The notes: generated by a model not told the origin, from the sequence alone. 64,000 nt of DNA from Candidatus Aenigmatarchaeota archaeon (GCA_016195275.1 JACPZZ010000017.1:21581-85580); one strand, 5' to 3'; positions 9,551 through 18,850 are shown, numbered from the stretch's first letter. Numbers and translations: made by a program.

Positions 9551-9610
9551 TTAAACTAAATTCCTATTTACCCGATTACCTTATTAAGTTAATTTTTACC
9601 GGATATTATC

Positions 9611-10243
9611 ATGAATCTGGAATCCTTAAAAATTTTTTATGGTTCAAAAAAGGACGAGATTCACTCGCGCCTTGCGGAATTCTCGGAAAACGGCAAAAAC
9701 GATGAGAAAATTTTCCTCGAGCTTTGTTTTTGCCTGTGTACGCCCCGTTCTTCGGCAATAAAATGCGATCGCATCGTAAGACAGCTCGCAAGCAACAGGC
9801 TCCTTTTCACCGCCAACGCAGACCAGATAAAAAGGTACATGGACGAAATAAGTTTCCCGGATGAAAAATCCCGTTACATAGAAGAGGCCAGAAAAGTGTT
9901 TCTCGAAAGAAAAGTCGATTTCAGGGAATTCTTCAAGAGATTCCTGTCGCCAGCCGGGGCGCGGGAATGGTTTCTGAGAAACGTAAACGGCCTGGGCCGC
10001 AAGGAGGCTTCACATTTCCTGAGGAACATAGGAATGGGCAAAGAGTTCGCAATACTGGACGTCCATATACTGAAAAACCTGAAAGAATTCGGCGTTATAG
10101 AAGAAATTCCTGCCAGGCTCGACGACAAAAAATACCTGGAGATAGAGGCTAAAATGAAAAAATTCTCGGATAGTGCGGGCATACCGATGGACGAGCTTGA
10201 TTTGCTGTTATGGTCAAAGGAAACAGGCTTTATTTTCAAATAA
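9611..10243 (+). CDS. ogg: N-glycosylase/DNA lyase, HhH-GPD superfamily (archaeal Ogg2-type 8-oxoguanine glycosylase)
   Basis: 210 aa; HhH-GPD hairpin GLGRKEASHFLRNIG with catalytic Lys and downstream Asp (AILDVH); size and layout as archaeal Ogg2. Confidence 0.65.
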   Translation: MNLESLKIFYGSKKDEIHSRLAEFSENGKNDEKIFLELCFCLCTPRSSAIKCDRIVRQLASNRLLFTANADQIKRYMDEISFPDEKSRYIEEARKVFLERKVDFREFFKRFLSPAGAREWFLRNVNGLGRKEASHFLRNIGMGKEFAILDVHILKNLKEFGVIEEIPARLDDKKYLEIEAKMKKFSDSAGIPMDELDLLLWSKETGFIFK

Positions 10244-10284
10244 TCATACCGGCATTTGCCGACCAGCGTTTGATTGTTAAAACT

Positions 10285-11733
10285 TCACTCGTCGCGCTTT
10301 ACCCTTGCAACCTCGCCCAATTCGGCATAATTCGAGTCTACTCTCATGGAATTTTCGTTGGCGTCCCTGTATCTCAGGTAAGCCTTTGGCAGCGAAACAG
10401 TTCCCAAAACACCCATAACAGGGGACAATTTATAGGTTATTATCCTCTCTTCCTGGGGCTTGACATCGCCGATCTTCCATATCATTTCCGTGCCCACTGC
10501 AGTCTTCTTTACCAGTGGTTTTAAGGTGTCGTGGTGCGGCAACAGCTTCATCACTGGTGGTATCAGATCGCGTACAACGGCCGCATTCAACGTATTGCGT
10601 GAAGAGTTCTTGACAATTACCGTAACAGCAAATTCCCTTCCTATCTGGGCAGGACCGGAATGAAGCACGCGCTTGTATATCCTGGGCTTCTGGAGTTGTA
10701 TCAGTACAACAACGCTTCCGACAACCAGGAATGCAAGAATAACATAGGCGGGTGTGTAGGAAATCCTGTAAACGAAACTCGCAGTCTCTCCCGGGGTTAA
10801 CTCATCAACGGCCCAGAAATAAGAAACGTCTCCGCCGGACGAGGTCGTATAATTCGGTTTCGTGTCCGGCGATGCCAACCAGGAAACAACGCTGGAAAGG
10901 TCTTCGCGCACGGTTATGTTCCTTCCAACCAAATTACCTTCGTTGGACAATTTTATCGTGACAGTCTTGCCTGAAGATGTTTTTTGCTCGTCCTTTGTCT
11001 GCAATACGTTATAGTAAGTGTTTACAACAAATGAAGTCTGGTTCTGCGATACTTGCTCTCCGCTTTGTGACCTTAATCTGGCAGAAGCCTTGTAATCGCC
11101 GGCCATAGCATGCTTGTCTAACGCAATCGGTTTTTGTACTGTCTTTTCTTCAAGTCCTCCCACTCCCACAGGAACTGTTAATCCGGTCTGCCTGTTTAAC
11201 GGGTCTGTTATTGTTATTTCAAGCGAAAAGCCTTCCAGATCTGTAACAGCCAGGTTCGCGACCTTTATCACCGCGTTTATGTCCGTGCCCGGATTATACG
11301 CAGAATTATCGAGTTTAAAATCCCTGATTACAAGGGGGTATTTGAAATAAACCGTGAAAAAGAATTCCGCAGTGTCGAAAATGGTAGCGTCGTTAGCCGA
11401 GTCTGCGCGCACCACATAACGGTAAACCGACGGGTTTATCCCCACAGGTGGATTAACGGAAAGGTAAACAGTCTCCTCTCCGCCGGCCGGTATGACAACG
11501 CTGCTTTTTTCCAGTGTAACCCAGGAAGAGAATGTTCCCGAATATGACAATAGAAACTGGTCCGCCTTGTTTTCCATATTTTTTATTATAACGGCGTATT
11601 TGGTTGCGGATCCGCTGAAACCTTCGGCCTGTGACGGCGTAACGCTGACATCAACGCCTGCTGCCGAGACAAAAGATGATATGACAACCAGGGAAACAAA
11701 AACTGACAAAAACAGGCTTTTGCGCGCAAACAC
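10285..11733 (-). CDS. secreted/membrane-anchored surface protein, hypothetical
   Basis: 482 aa; N-terminal signal-like segment (LFLSVFVSLVVISSFVSAAG), long Ser/Thr/Val-rich beta-type ectodomain, single TM (AYVILAFLVVGSVVVLI), cytoplasmic tail. Confidence 0.55.
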   Translation of the reverse strand: MFARKSLFLSVFVSLVVISSFVSAAGVDVSVTPSQAEGFSGSATKYAVIIKNMENKADQFLLSYSGTFSSWVTLEKSSVVIPAGGEETVYLSVNPPVGINPSVYRYVVRADSANDATIFDTAEFFFTVYFKYPLVIRDFKLDNSAYNPGTDINAVIKVANLAVTDLEGFSLEITITDPLNRQTGLTVPVGVGGLEEKTVQKPIALDKHAMAGDYKASARLRSQSGEQVSQNQTSFVVNTYYNVLQTKDEQKTSSGKTVTIKLSNEGNLVGRNITVREDLSSVVSWLASPDTKPNYTTSSGGDVSYFWAVDELTPGETASFVYRISYTPAYVILAFLVVGSVVVLIQLQKPRIYKRVLHSGPAQIGREFAVTVIVKNSSRNTLNAAVVRDLIPPVMKLLPHHDTLKPLVKKTAVGTEMIWKIGDVKPQEERIITYKLSPVMGVLGTVSLPKAYLRYRDANENSMRVDSNYAELGEVARVKRDE

Positions 11734-11776
11734 AGAAACACCTATGTTTTCTTGGCTTTTTTGCCATATAAGTTTT

Positions 11777-12769
11777 CTAACCCAGCATCAGGGAAGCCAC
11801 GACAAAATAGATCACTATGGTAAGCATATCCGAAACAACCGTGGCTATCGGACCGCTGCCGATTGCAGGATCGACGCCCATCCTATAGAACCAGTAGACA
11901 ACCGCCAAAGACGAAAACGCGGAAAACATAAAGGAAACGATCATCGAGCTTGCGATCACAAACCCTATGAAAGGCTGGTTCCACAAAATGGAAACCGCAC
12001 CCAAGGTCAGCACTCCGCAAATCAGGCTTATTACCGTGGAAACGAACATCTGCCTTGAAAGGTAATTAAAAAATCTGAGATTTTTCCCAAGTATGGCGAT
12101 ATCACGCACCATGAGCGTCTGCAGTTGTGTTCCGATTGCATCGCTCATATACACCACGGTGGGCAGGAAAAAAGCAAGTATTAAGTGCCTTTCCACGGTT
12201 TTTTCAAGCGCGTTGATAAAAATAGCCGTAATCATCATCGAAACAAGACCGACAAGGAGCCACGGCAACCGGCTTTCAATGCTTTTGTAATACGGAACTT
12301 CAAGCGTGTTTTCAAACTCAAGGTGGGATTTATGAATACCTGCAAAATGCAATATGTCTTCCTGCAAAGACCTGTTGAGTATTGCCATTATCTTATGATT
12401 CGGGACAACGCCCAAGAACCTGCCTTTGCTTACAACAGGCACGTCCTTGATCTTGTGCTTTAAGGCGAGGTCCGAAACCTTTTCCTGGTCTGTTTCCGGC
12501 AATACGGTTATCAGGCTTGTTTTCATCAGCCTGTCGACCCTGGTCTTCCTGGGCGTGGAAAAAAGGTATTTCACTGAAAACACGCCGACGAGTTTTCCCC
12601 TTTTATCGACCACATAAATGTAATCAACCGTTTCCAGGTTTTTGCTTTCAGCGGCAAGCCTTTGGACAACACCTCCGACAGTCTCGCCCAAGCGTGCAAT
12701 GGGAACATTTGTTACCATCCTTCTTCCGGCAGAGTTGTGTGAATATCGCTCAACAGCAGAAGGCTGCAT
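11777..12769 (-). CDS. mgtE: magnesium transporter MgtE (CBS pair plus MgtE membrane domain)
   Basis: 330 aa; CBS-domain region (VVSKGRFLGVV) followed by a 5-TM MgtE-type domain. Confidence 0.8.
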   Translation of the reverse strand: MQPSAVERYSHNSAGRRMVTNVPIARLGETVGGVVQRLAAESKNLETVDYIYVVDKRGKLVGVFSVKYLFSTPRKTRVDRLMKTSLITVLPETDQEKVSDLALKHKIKDVPVVSKGRFLGVVPNHKIMAILNRSLQEDILHFAGIHKSHLEFENTLEVPYYKSIESRLPWLLVGLVSMMITAIFINALEKTVERHLILAFFLPTVVYMSDAIGTQLQTLMVRDIAILGKNLRFFNYLSRQMFVSTVISLICGVLTLGAVSILWNQPFIGFVIASSMIVSFMFSAFSSLAVVYWFYRMGVDPAIGSGPIATVVSDMLTIVIYFVVASLMLG

Positions 12770-12798
12770 GTGAATAATTTGATTTTCGGGATAAAAAA

Positions 12799-12931
12799 GG
12801 TGGGGTTAGGGTGATTTGAACACCCATATGAAGCTCTTTCTAAACCTTTCTTTTTCCCTTGAGGCTTTTTCTTTGGAAAGAAAAAGGCTCACCCAAAGCT
12901 CCTATGCTAAACCAGGTTACATCATAACCCC
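12799..12931 (-). tRNA. tRNA-Pro(UGG) with 56-nt canonical-position intron
   Basis: Hand-folded: acceptor GGGGTTA/TAACCCC, D-stem ATGT/GCAT, anticodon stem GGAGC/GCTTC, loop TTTGGG|intron|A giving anticodon TGG, variable ATAT, T-arm GGGTG-TTCAAAT-CACCC, discriminator A then CC. Confidence 0.7.
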
Positions 12932-13222
12932 GATTGTAAAATCAGATTGTCTGCATTACTTAAAAATAGATGTTTACCCTTCCCTGAACAGCCACTTAGG
13001 CAGCGGGACAGGTGAGAACTGGTTTTTCTTCGAAAGCTTCAATTGATATCGCGCATTTGAATGCGAATGCCTAATCTGCGCGAGTAACCGCATAGTCCTT
13101 ATGTACCGTGTCGCATCCGCAAGATTAGCCACAATATATTATTATCAGAGGTGGTTAAAATTTTTAACTATTTGGCTTGTTAACCGCTACAATTTGTCTG
13201 TAACGATACAAATGACTGCCAA

Positions 13223-13705
13223 CTACGATTCTATCGTTGCACCCTCAAATAATCTTTCTATCTGCCGTGCTATCGTGGACAACCTCAGGTTTATCCCGGT
13301 TTGATCAAAAACCGCTTTAGCTATGTCTTCAGGCAAGGTCGGACTATCCTGATATTGTTCAAACAACTCGGTTATCATACTGTCTATAAGAGGACGAATT
13401 TTAAGATACGATACGATATAAGCCTGACGCGATTCCTGAACTCCAGGCCTATCCCTATACTTTCGGTAGGATTGCAAGCGCCGCGCTCGGGCTTCTGGCG
13501 TTAATTCTTCCACCCTGTCTTTTCTACGCCTCTCCTCAAGATATCCGGGCGTCAATCTGCGGTATACAGTAAACATCCTGACTCCGTAAATATTGGCAAT
13601 GCTTTTGTGTATCTGAGCGCGCGACATGCCCGTTGATGAATATCGCCTTTCAAGATCAGCCCATTCCTCTACCATTGAATCTGGGATTTTCAAACCAGTC
13701 GGCAT
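13223..13705 (-). CDS. hypothetical HTH-containing protein
   Basis: 160 aa; putative HTH (MSRAQIHKSIANIYGVRMFTVYRRL); basic; located between tRNA-Pro and a toxin-antitoxin patch. Confidence 0.45.
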   Translation of the reverse strand: MPTGLKIPDSMVEEWADLERRYSSTGMSRAQIHKSIANIYGVRMFTVYRRLTPGYLEERRRKDRVEELTPEARARRLQSYRKYRDRPGVQESRQAYIVSYLKIRPLIDSMITELFEQYQDSPTLPEDIAKAVFDQTGINLRLSTIARQIERLFEGATIES

Positions 13706-13738
13706 AACCGCTTTTGGGAATAATAGAAATTTAAGGCC

Positions 13739-13882
13739 ATGTCATTGTTTTTGGATGGCAACAAACGCACAGCTTACGTTCTAGCCAAAACTCTGATACT
13801 TCAGAATGGGGTAGAACTGAAACCAAACTGCGAAAATGAAGGCAGAGCTTCCACAAAATCTTGTAAAGTGGTGTGTTGATAT
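13739..13882 (+). pseudogene. Doc (Fic/Doc family) toxin remnant, 47-aa fragment
   Basis: Translation MSLFLDGNKRTAYVLAKTLILQNGVELKPNCENEG parallels the HYFWDGNKRTAYVIAKTILL core of the intact Doc gene 100 bp downstream; lacks the N-terminal half. Confidence 0.5.
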
Positions 13883-13957
13883 ACGATATCGTTCACTTAG
13901 ATATAGAGAAACGTTGTCTACCACACTACAATTTACGGAAACGCCAAATAGGTTTTA

Positions 13958-14398
13958 GTGATTCGGATGGTTGTGACGAAAGAAGAAACGGAAAATCTGG
14001 TCAAAGTCTTTATAGACATACACAATGACATACTTCAAGTAACAGGACAACGTTCTAACCCTGAATTGCACGAAGAAGTACCAGCTGGCGGAGAATCGGG
14101 TGTAAGAGATCCTGGAGGACTACATGTATTGGCTTACAAAATACTATCGTTAGAAAGCGATCCAACAAAAATAACAGCTGATGTAGCGACTGAAGCATTG
14201 TATGATATCGCAACAAAACACTACTTTTGGGACGGGAACAAAAGAACTGCATACGTAATTGCAAAAACCATATTGTTAAGGGAGGACATGGTCTTGCTGC
14301 CTATTTATAAAGATGCTCTCGAATTTATTATCAGGGTAGCTGACAAAAAGATTCCCAAAAAAGAAATAAAAACATGGATTGAAGGTATGATCTTGTAA
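13958..14398 (+). CDS. doc: Doc (death-on-curing) toxin, Fic/Doc family
   Basis: 146 aa; HYFWDGNKRTAYV Fic/Doc active-site motif (HxFxDGNKR); no obvious Phd antitoxin upstream. Confidence 0.75.
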   Translation: MIRMVVTKEETENLVKVFIDIHNDILQVTGQRSNPELHEEVPAGGESGVRDPGGLHVLAYKILSLESDPTKITADVATEALYDIATKHYFWDGNKRTAYVIAKTILLREDMVLLPIYKDALEFIIRVADKKIPKKEIKTWIEGMIL

Positions 14399-14678
14399 AA
14401 GGGTGTTAGGGTGACTATTAAAGACATTAAAAGATGGCGTCAACAAGCAAAGAAGGTTATAGAAGAAGATATAGAGCTACTCAGGGAACTGGCGAAACGT
14501 TGATATTAATTCTAGATAGCCTCAGGCGGGCTCGGGAGAACAGTCAATAACACCAACTGTTGGAATATTATTTTTTAACACGATATATTAGCTTTTACAA
14601 CTTACACACAATCCATATGCTTTGAATATGCGGCACTATCCAGCCTTTTGCATCGTCTTTGAATATTTGTTTCCTGTA

Positions 14679-15098
14679 TTAACCTTTCAACAAGCCCGTT
14701 TTAATTTCTTTAATTATTCTTTTGCACTTTTCTATTGCGTGCAAAGCAGTCTCAAAATCCATTCTTTTGCCATAATAGGTCAGAGAATTTCGTTTGTATC
14801 TTACATCGCCGAAAAGGACATACAAATCAGTTCTTTTGAGAACATCCCTGATATAATAGCCAAGGCATACGTGGTTGCTTATCTTGTAACCATTTGATAA
14901 AACAATTGCCTGCAACATTTCCATAATTGAAGTATAATAATCCTCGAAAACGAAATTGCAGTTTTTCTCGTTTATTTCGCTTGTTAGTTTTATCCTTTCG
15001 GCTGCGGTTTCAACCAATGATTTTGCTCTTGCTCTATCTGGAGAAATTTTTACCGCTGTGTTCCCCTCTACGCAGTCGTTCCACGAGCTTTCTTTCAT
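14679..15098 (-). CDS. HEPN-domain protein (toxin component of HEPN/MNT module)
   Basis: 139 aa; helical HEPN-like protein immediately downstream of and overlapping (4 nt) the MNT gene; R...H-type motif near the C-terminus. Confidence 0.65.
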   Translation of the reverse strand: MKESSWNDCVEGNTAVKISPDRARAKSLVETAAERIKLTSEINEKNCNFVFEDYYTSIMEMLQAIVLSNGYKISNHVCLGYYIRDVLKRTDLYVLFGDVRYKRNSLTYYGKRMDFETALHAIEKCKRIIKEIKTGLLKG

Positions 15099-15628
15099 TT
15101 GAACACCTCAATAAATCCATTAAGCACAATACCGTTTACTATGTTGTTCACCAAACCGGTGTTTCCTATCTCCCTGATATTTTTATGCCGAAAAACTTGT
15201 ATCTTTCTTTGCAGAATCTTTTCAAATTTCTCAACGTTAATGTTTTTTTTGGAAGGCGTTTCCAAGTATAAATCTATGTCGCTGTTTTCTGTATCCTCCC
15301 CTTTCGAGTAAGAACCGAACAAAATTATAGTCGGGTTGCTTAATTCGTCTCTCAGCCAATCAACAATTCCGGATGCATGGATCTGTTTTAGATTAAAAAG
15401 CTTTTTCTCCATCAAGAAGTCCTCGTTCGTCCTGTTGGAAGTGTAAAAGACGACGTCGCCCGTCTTTGTTGTCGTTAGTATCCCCTCTTCCTTCAAATCC
15501 TTGCAATATCTGATCACAGAAGGCAACGGCAGTTTCAGTGTTTTTTCTATCTGCCTTACCCTCAATTTAGAGCCCGGATTGATAAAAAAATAACCCCTGA
15601 TCGTTTCCTTGATATCTTTTCTTATCAT
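15095..15628 (-). CDS. minimal nucleotidyltransferase (MNT) with N-terminal wHTH (antitoxin component of HEPN/MNT module)
   Basis: 177 aa; LFGSYSKGEDTENSDIDL nucleotidyltransferase motif (GS...DxD); N-terminal winged-helix-like region. Confidence 0.75.
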   Translation of the reverse strand: MIRKDIKETIRGYFFINPGSKLRVRQIEKTLKLPLPSVIRYCKDLKEEGILTTTKTGDVVFYTSNRTNEDFLMEKKLFNLKQIHASGIVDWLRDELSNPTIILFGSYSKGEDTENSDIDLYLETPSKKNINVEKFEKILQRKIQVFRHKNIREIGNTGLVNNIVNGIVLNGFIEVFK

Positions 15629-15727
15629 ATGATAATTTATATTATCAATTGATACTTAAAGTTATCATTTATGATCCGACCCAACGATAACACAGATTTT
15701 ATCCGGCGTTAGCCTTGGTAAAATAGG

Positions 15728-15748
15728 TTCTTGAATAAGCCTCAGGCG
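15728..15748. repeat. attL: 21-bp direct repeat agcctcaggcgagaattgaac (copy of tRNA-Thr 3' end)
   Basis: Identical 21-mer occurs at 56631-56651, where it forms the T-loop/acceptor 3' end of tRNA-Thr. Confidence 0.75.
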
Positions 15749-15850
15749 AGAATTGAACAATTGTCTACCTTACGTGCGTACTTGCTTGAGCAAGTCGCGT
15801 AGGAGGCGAGGTAGAGTCATCATTCCTATTGGCGCTGTCGGCTCATAAGT

Positions 15851-16597
15851 TTGATGCTCAAACCCTTGCATCCACAAAGCGGCAATCGTCCAAGACCGGA
15901 AGCGACGCCTACCAGCCAGGTAGGAGATGACGGTTCGAATCCGCCTTGCCGCATTTCTCTGCGTCTCTGTTCTGACAGGCAGGACTTCGAGGCGTTCCGC
16001 TGGATCATCGACACGTACCACACTTACAAGCCTTGGAAGCCTTCTCCCGGCAGGAAGATCTGCTGGCTTATTGAACGCGAAGGCGAGACCATCGGCTCCA
16101 TCGCAGTCCATAGCGCCGTGCTCACAATCAAGCCGAGAGAAGACTTCATTGGATGGGACCAGAGACAAAAGCTTGTCAACTTGAACAAAGTAGCCAACAA
16201 CTATCGTTTTGCACTCATTGAGCGGGGCGTTGGCTCTCGTGTGCTATCCGAGCTGGAACGTGAGGCCAAACGGGAATGGAAACGGAAATACGGCGATCCG
16301 CTCGTCCTGTTGGAAACTTTTGTCCAGCCGCCCTATGAAGGCACATCGTACAAAGCCGCGAACTGGACCTACATCGGTATGACCAAGGGCTTTGCTGTGA
16401 GGCGCGCCCCCGTCTCATTGTGGAAACGCGCGGGGGGCGAGAGAAAGAAGTTGTGGGAGTCCGATCCACATGCTGCGGCGAAACTGTACGCGGGCTGGAA
16501 TGGCGGCCAGCTTGTCAAAGTCACTCCGACTCCGAAGAAGCACATCTTCGCGCGCCCGCTGCATCGGTATTGGAGACGAGAGTTGCTGCGCGTCTAA
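15851..16597 (+). CDS. hypothetical GNAT-like protein (possibly DUF4338-like), likely 5'-truncated or with mis-assigned start
   Basis: 248-aa ORF; ERGVGSRVLSELEREA resembles GNAT motif A (RxxGxG); the annotated N-terminus overlaps a tRNA-like sequence (15879-15953) and has no in-frame alternative start until far downstream. Confidence 0.4.
   Translation: MMLKPLHPQSGNRPRPEATPTSQVGDDGSNPPCRISLRLCSDRQDFEAFRWIIDTYHTYKPWKPSPGRKICWLIEREGETIGSIAVHSAVLTIKPREDFIGWDQRQKLVNLNKVANNYRFALIERGVGSRVLSELEREAKREWKRKYGDPLVLLETFVQPPYEGTSYKAANWTYIGMTKGFAVRRAPVSLWKRAGGERKKLWESDPHAAAKLYAGWNGGQLVKVTPTPKKHIFARPLHRYWRRELLRV
15879..15953 (+). other. degenerate tRNA-like sequence (Gly-GCC-like) just inside attL
   Basis: 7-bp perfect acceptor stem GCGGCAA/TTGCCGC, anticodon hairpin CCTAC-CAGCCAG-GTAGG, T-arm GACGG-TTCGAAT-CCGCC, discriminator A; mismatches in the D and T stems and A33 suggest a pseudo-tRNA or element-borne tRNA. 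Confidence 0.45.
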
Positions 16598-16635
16598 CTC
16601 ACTGTGCTTATGAATCTGACGGCTCAATATCAATA

Positions 16636-16914
16636 ATGCCAAATCCAACTTTGTACTGGCTTGTCGGCCTGTTCTTGGCCGGAGTCTTGATTGTCGCTGT
16701 TGTCGCTGCGTTGAAGGGTATTTTCTCCGTTGCAATTGCAAGCGTTTCACTGGGTGGCACGATCCTGCTCGCCTATATCCTGATAATACCGGGTGTGCGT
16801 AACATCGCCCTTTATGTCCTCACGTTTCTGCTTGCGGCCATTACAGCGTGGATTGTGCCTCAAGCTCTGAGTGACCTGGTCACGATAGCCACAATTCTAC
16901 CTAAGACACTATAG
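16636..16914 (+). CDS. small membrane protein (about 92 aa, 3 TM)
   Basis: MPNPTLYWLVGLFLAGVLIVAVVAALKG...; strongly hydrophobic; nested in the 3' part of the longer ORF-track ORF 16420-16914. Confidence 0.4.
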   Translation: MPNPTLYWLVGLFLAGVLIVAVVAALKGIFSVAIASVSLGGTILLAYILIIPGVRNIALYVLTFLLAAITAWIVPQALSDLVTIATILPKTL

Positions 16915-16962
16915 GGGATGTTTTACCCATCGCCTGTCGAGGTAATTCCGATTCGCTTTCGT

Positions 16963-17334
16963 TCATGCCACTAATCTATTGATAATCTCTTCGAGGCCAT
17001 TTAGTCCAACTGGTTTCCTTAGCACATGATCGATCCCGGACTTTGAAAGCGCTTCATCGTCGAAGTCTATTAGCCATCCTGTGATCAAAACAATGGGAAG
17101 GTGAGGCATCGTCTCGTGGATTCTCGCAGCGCCCTCGATCCCGTTTTCTCCAGGGAGTCCAAAATTTATGACCACCAGGTCAAACCGCTCTTGTGAAAGC
17201 AGGGTGAAACCCTCATCGGTGTTATGGCACAGGGCAGCATAGGAACCCAAAGAACGAACAGCTTCGCACAGGGTCTCGCCTACTTCCTGGTTATCCTCTA
17301 TTACAAGTATTCTAGCTACCTGTCTGGAACCCAT
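16963..17334 (-). CDS. response regulator, stand-alone receiver (CheY-like) domain
   Basis: 123 aa; VIEDN, DLVVINFGLPGENG (phospho-Asp), VLITG, LRKP, the conserved REC residues; no output domain. Confidence 0.8.
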   Translation of the reverse strand: MGSRQVARILVIEDNQEVGETLCEAVRSLGSYAALCHNTDEGFTLLSQERFDLVVINFGLPGENGIEGAARIHETMPHLPIVLITGWLIDFDDEALSKSGIDHVLRKPVGLNGLEEIINRLVA

Positions 17335-17335
17335 G

Positions 17336-18178
17336 TCACTTGGGTATACAGCCAGATTCCTGGGCTAACGGCAGTGAGATCGTAAAGGCCGAGCCCTGGC
17401 CTGGCACGCTGTTTACCTCTATCTTGCCTCCAAACCTCTCCACCACTTCTCGTGCCAGTGTCAGCCCCAGACCTGTCCCCCGGTTTCCTTTGGTAGTGAA
17501 GAAGGGGTCAAAGATTTTATAGAGCAGCTCCTGGGGAATCCCTATGCCCGTGTCGGATACAACAATTCTCCTAACTGTGCCCCCTATTTCTGTGCTAATA
17601 GTGACGGTCCCCCCTTGGGATGTCAGCGCATCGAAAGCGTTCATGACGATGTTGGCCAAAGCGGTACGAAGTTCGGTTGCTTTCCCTTTTACCAGGCCCT
17701 GGCCTCCCAGGCTGACCTTTAGCTCAACGGGCCTACCCACCACCTCGGTCATCTCCTGGCGGTGAGGCTCGAAGAATTCAGCTACTTCCAGCACGAGCGA
17801 GTCCAGGTCAAGCAGCCCACCGGTCTCATCAAACCGGATATCACCGGATTGCCGCAAACGATTGACGACCTCTGCTGCGCCCAGGGTAGCAGTCCTCGCT
17901 AACTCAAGGTGCCGAAACTCTTTCCAGTCCAAATCGACTCCCATGGCCATGTCTATCCTGGCTAGTATGATGGTCAAGAGGTTATTTAGGTCATGGACTA
18001 CGCCATAGGATATATAGCCCAGATTATAGACTCGGTTTGCCTGTAAGAGTTCCCAGTATAAGGTATCCGAAATCGCTTGCTGTTGGTTCCACAACGATTC
18101 ACCGGGTTCAACGGTTTCCATGTGAATCTTCCCCGCGATGAACAAATTCCTGGCAGACGAACGATACCCAACAGCCAC
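17336..18178 (-). CDS. sensor histidine kinase (HisKA plus HATPase_c), soluble
   Basis: 280 aa; H-box VVHDLNNLL, N/G boxes (GTGLGLTLAREVVERFGGKIEV); no TM segments; 1-nt gap to the downstream receiver gene. Confidence 0.8.
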   Translation of the reverse strand: MAVGYRSSARNLFIAGKIHMETVEPGESLWNQQQAISDTLYWELLQANRVYNLGYISYGVVHDLNNLLTIILARIDMAMGVDLDWKEFRHLELARTATLGAAEVVNRLRQSGDIRFDETGGLLDLDSLVLEVAEFFEPHRQEMTEVVGRPVELKVSLGGQGLVKGKATELRTALANIVMNAFDALTSQGGTVTISTEIGGTVRRIVVSDTGIGIPQELLYKIFDPFFTTKGNRGTGLGLTLAREVVERFGGKIEVNSVPGQGSAFTISLPLAQESGCIPK

Positions 18179-18850
18179 CAGAGAACAGTGTCATGTCTCT
18201 AGACGACGATGTCCGTGGTGTTGGGTATGGGAGCACCAACCGAACCTTGTTATCACACTCCACGGGACCTATTTTACCCAGGGACGCCGGGCTTATCAGC
18301 ATGAGCCCATCATTGGCAATGATGACACTGGAGTTCAAAACCGTACTAACGGTCCCAACTCGACTCCTCAGCAATCTTAAGCCATTCGCGGTGACGCCGA
18401 ACAAGGTTAGGTACGCAAGGATTGACCCTTAGCAGCATTTCTACTGTGGATATACAACGTTCTCAGCAAAGACAACCGCCGTACCAGCAAGGGCTAGCAG
18501 AGCGGCAGTAGCGATGGCAATCCACTTTACGACAACCGGACGAACTTTGCGCATTTGGTTACACCTCCTAATGTTCTTAGGCAAAAACTAACAGGAGGCA
18601 GTAACCATTCGGTAACCAGGTTCAAAGGACAGTCGTGTGCGGAGAGGGCGCAGAATAGGGATTTAGCGGTCCAGACTGCGCCTTACGGTCTCCATAGGTG
18701 ACCACAGAGGCGGTTGGCAAAAAGGCAGGTGTCATGAAGCTCTACTATCTGATAACTGCCGCAAGGAGGAGACTGTGAAACGACCCAAGATAGATAGCCA
18801 AAGGAAATGAAAGTGGAGGATGTACAAGGAGGTCTGTGAACGCAGTCTAG

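Noticed and set aside
9295-9705. ORF-track ORFs 9295-9483 (-) and 9478-9705 (+)
   Set aside because: 9295-9483 lies inside the intron/exon structure of the tRNA-Tyr gene. 9478-9705 overlaps the tRNA 5' region and the real start of the Ogg gene. Neither has coding-like features.
18108-18850. ORFs 18108-18404 (-), 18138-18380 (+), 18193-18432 (+) and a 37-aa hydrophobic peptide at about 18435-18550 (-) in the gap between the histidine kinase and the STAND gene
   Set aside because: They are mutually overlapping, short, and without motifs. The interval is more likely a promoter/leader region for the STAND-SARP gene. The small peptide is kept only as a remote possibility.
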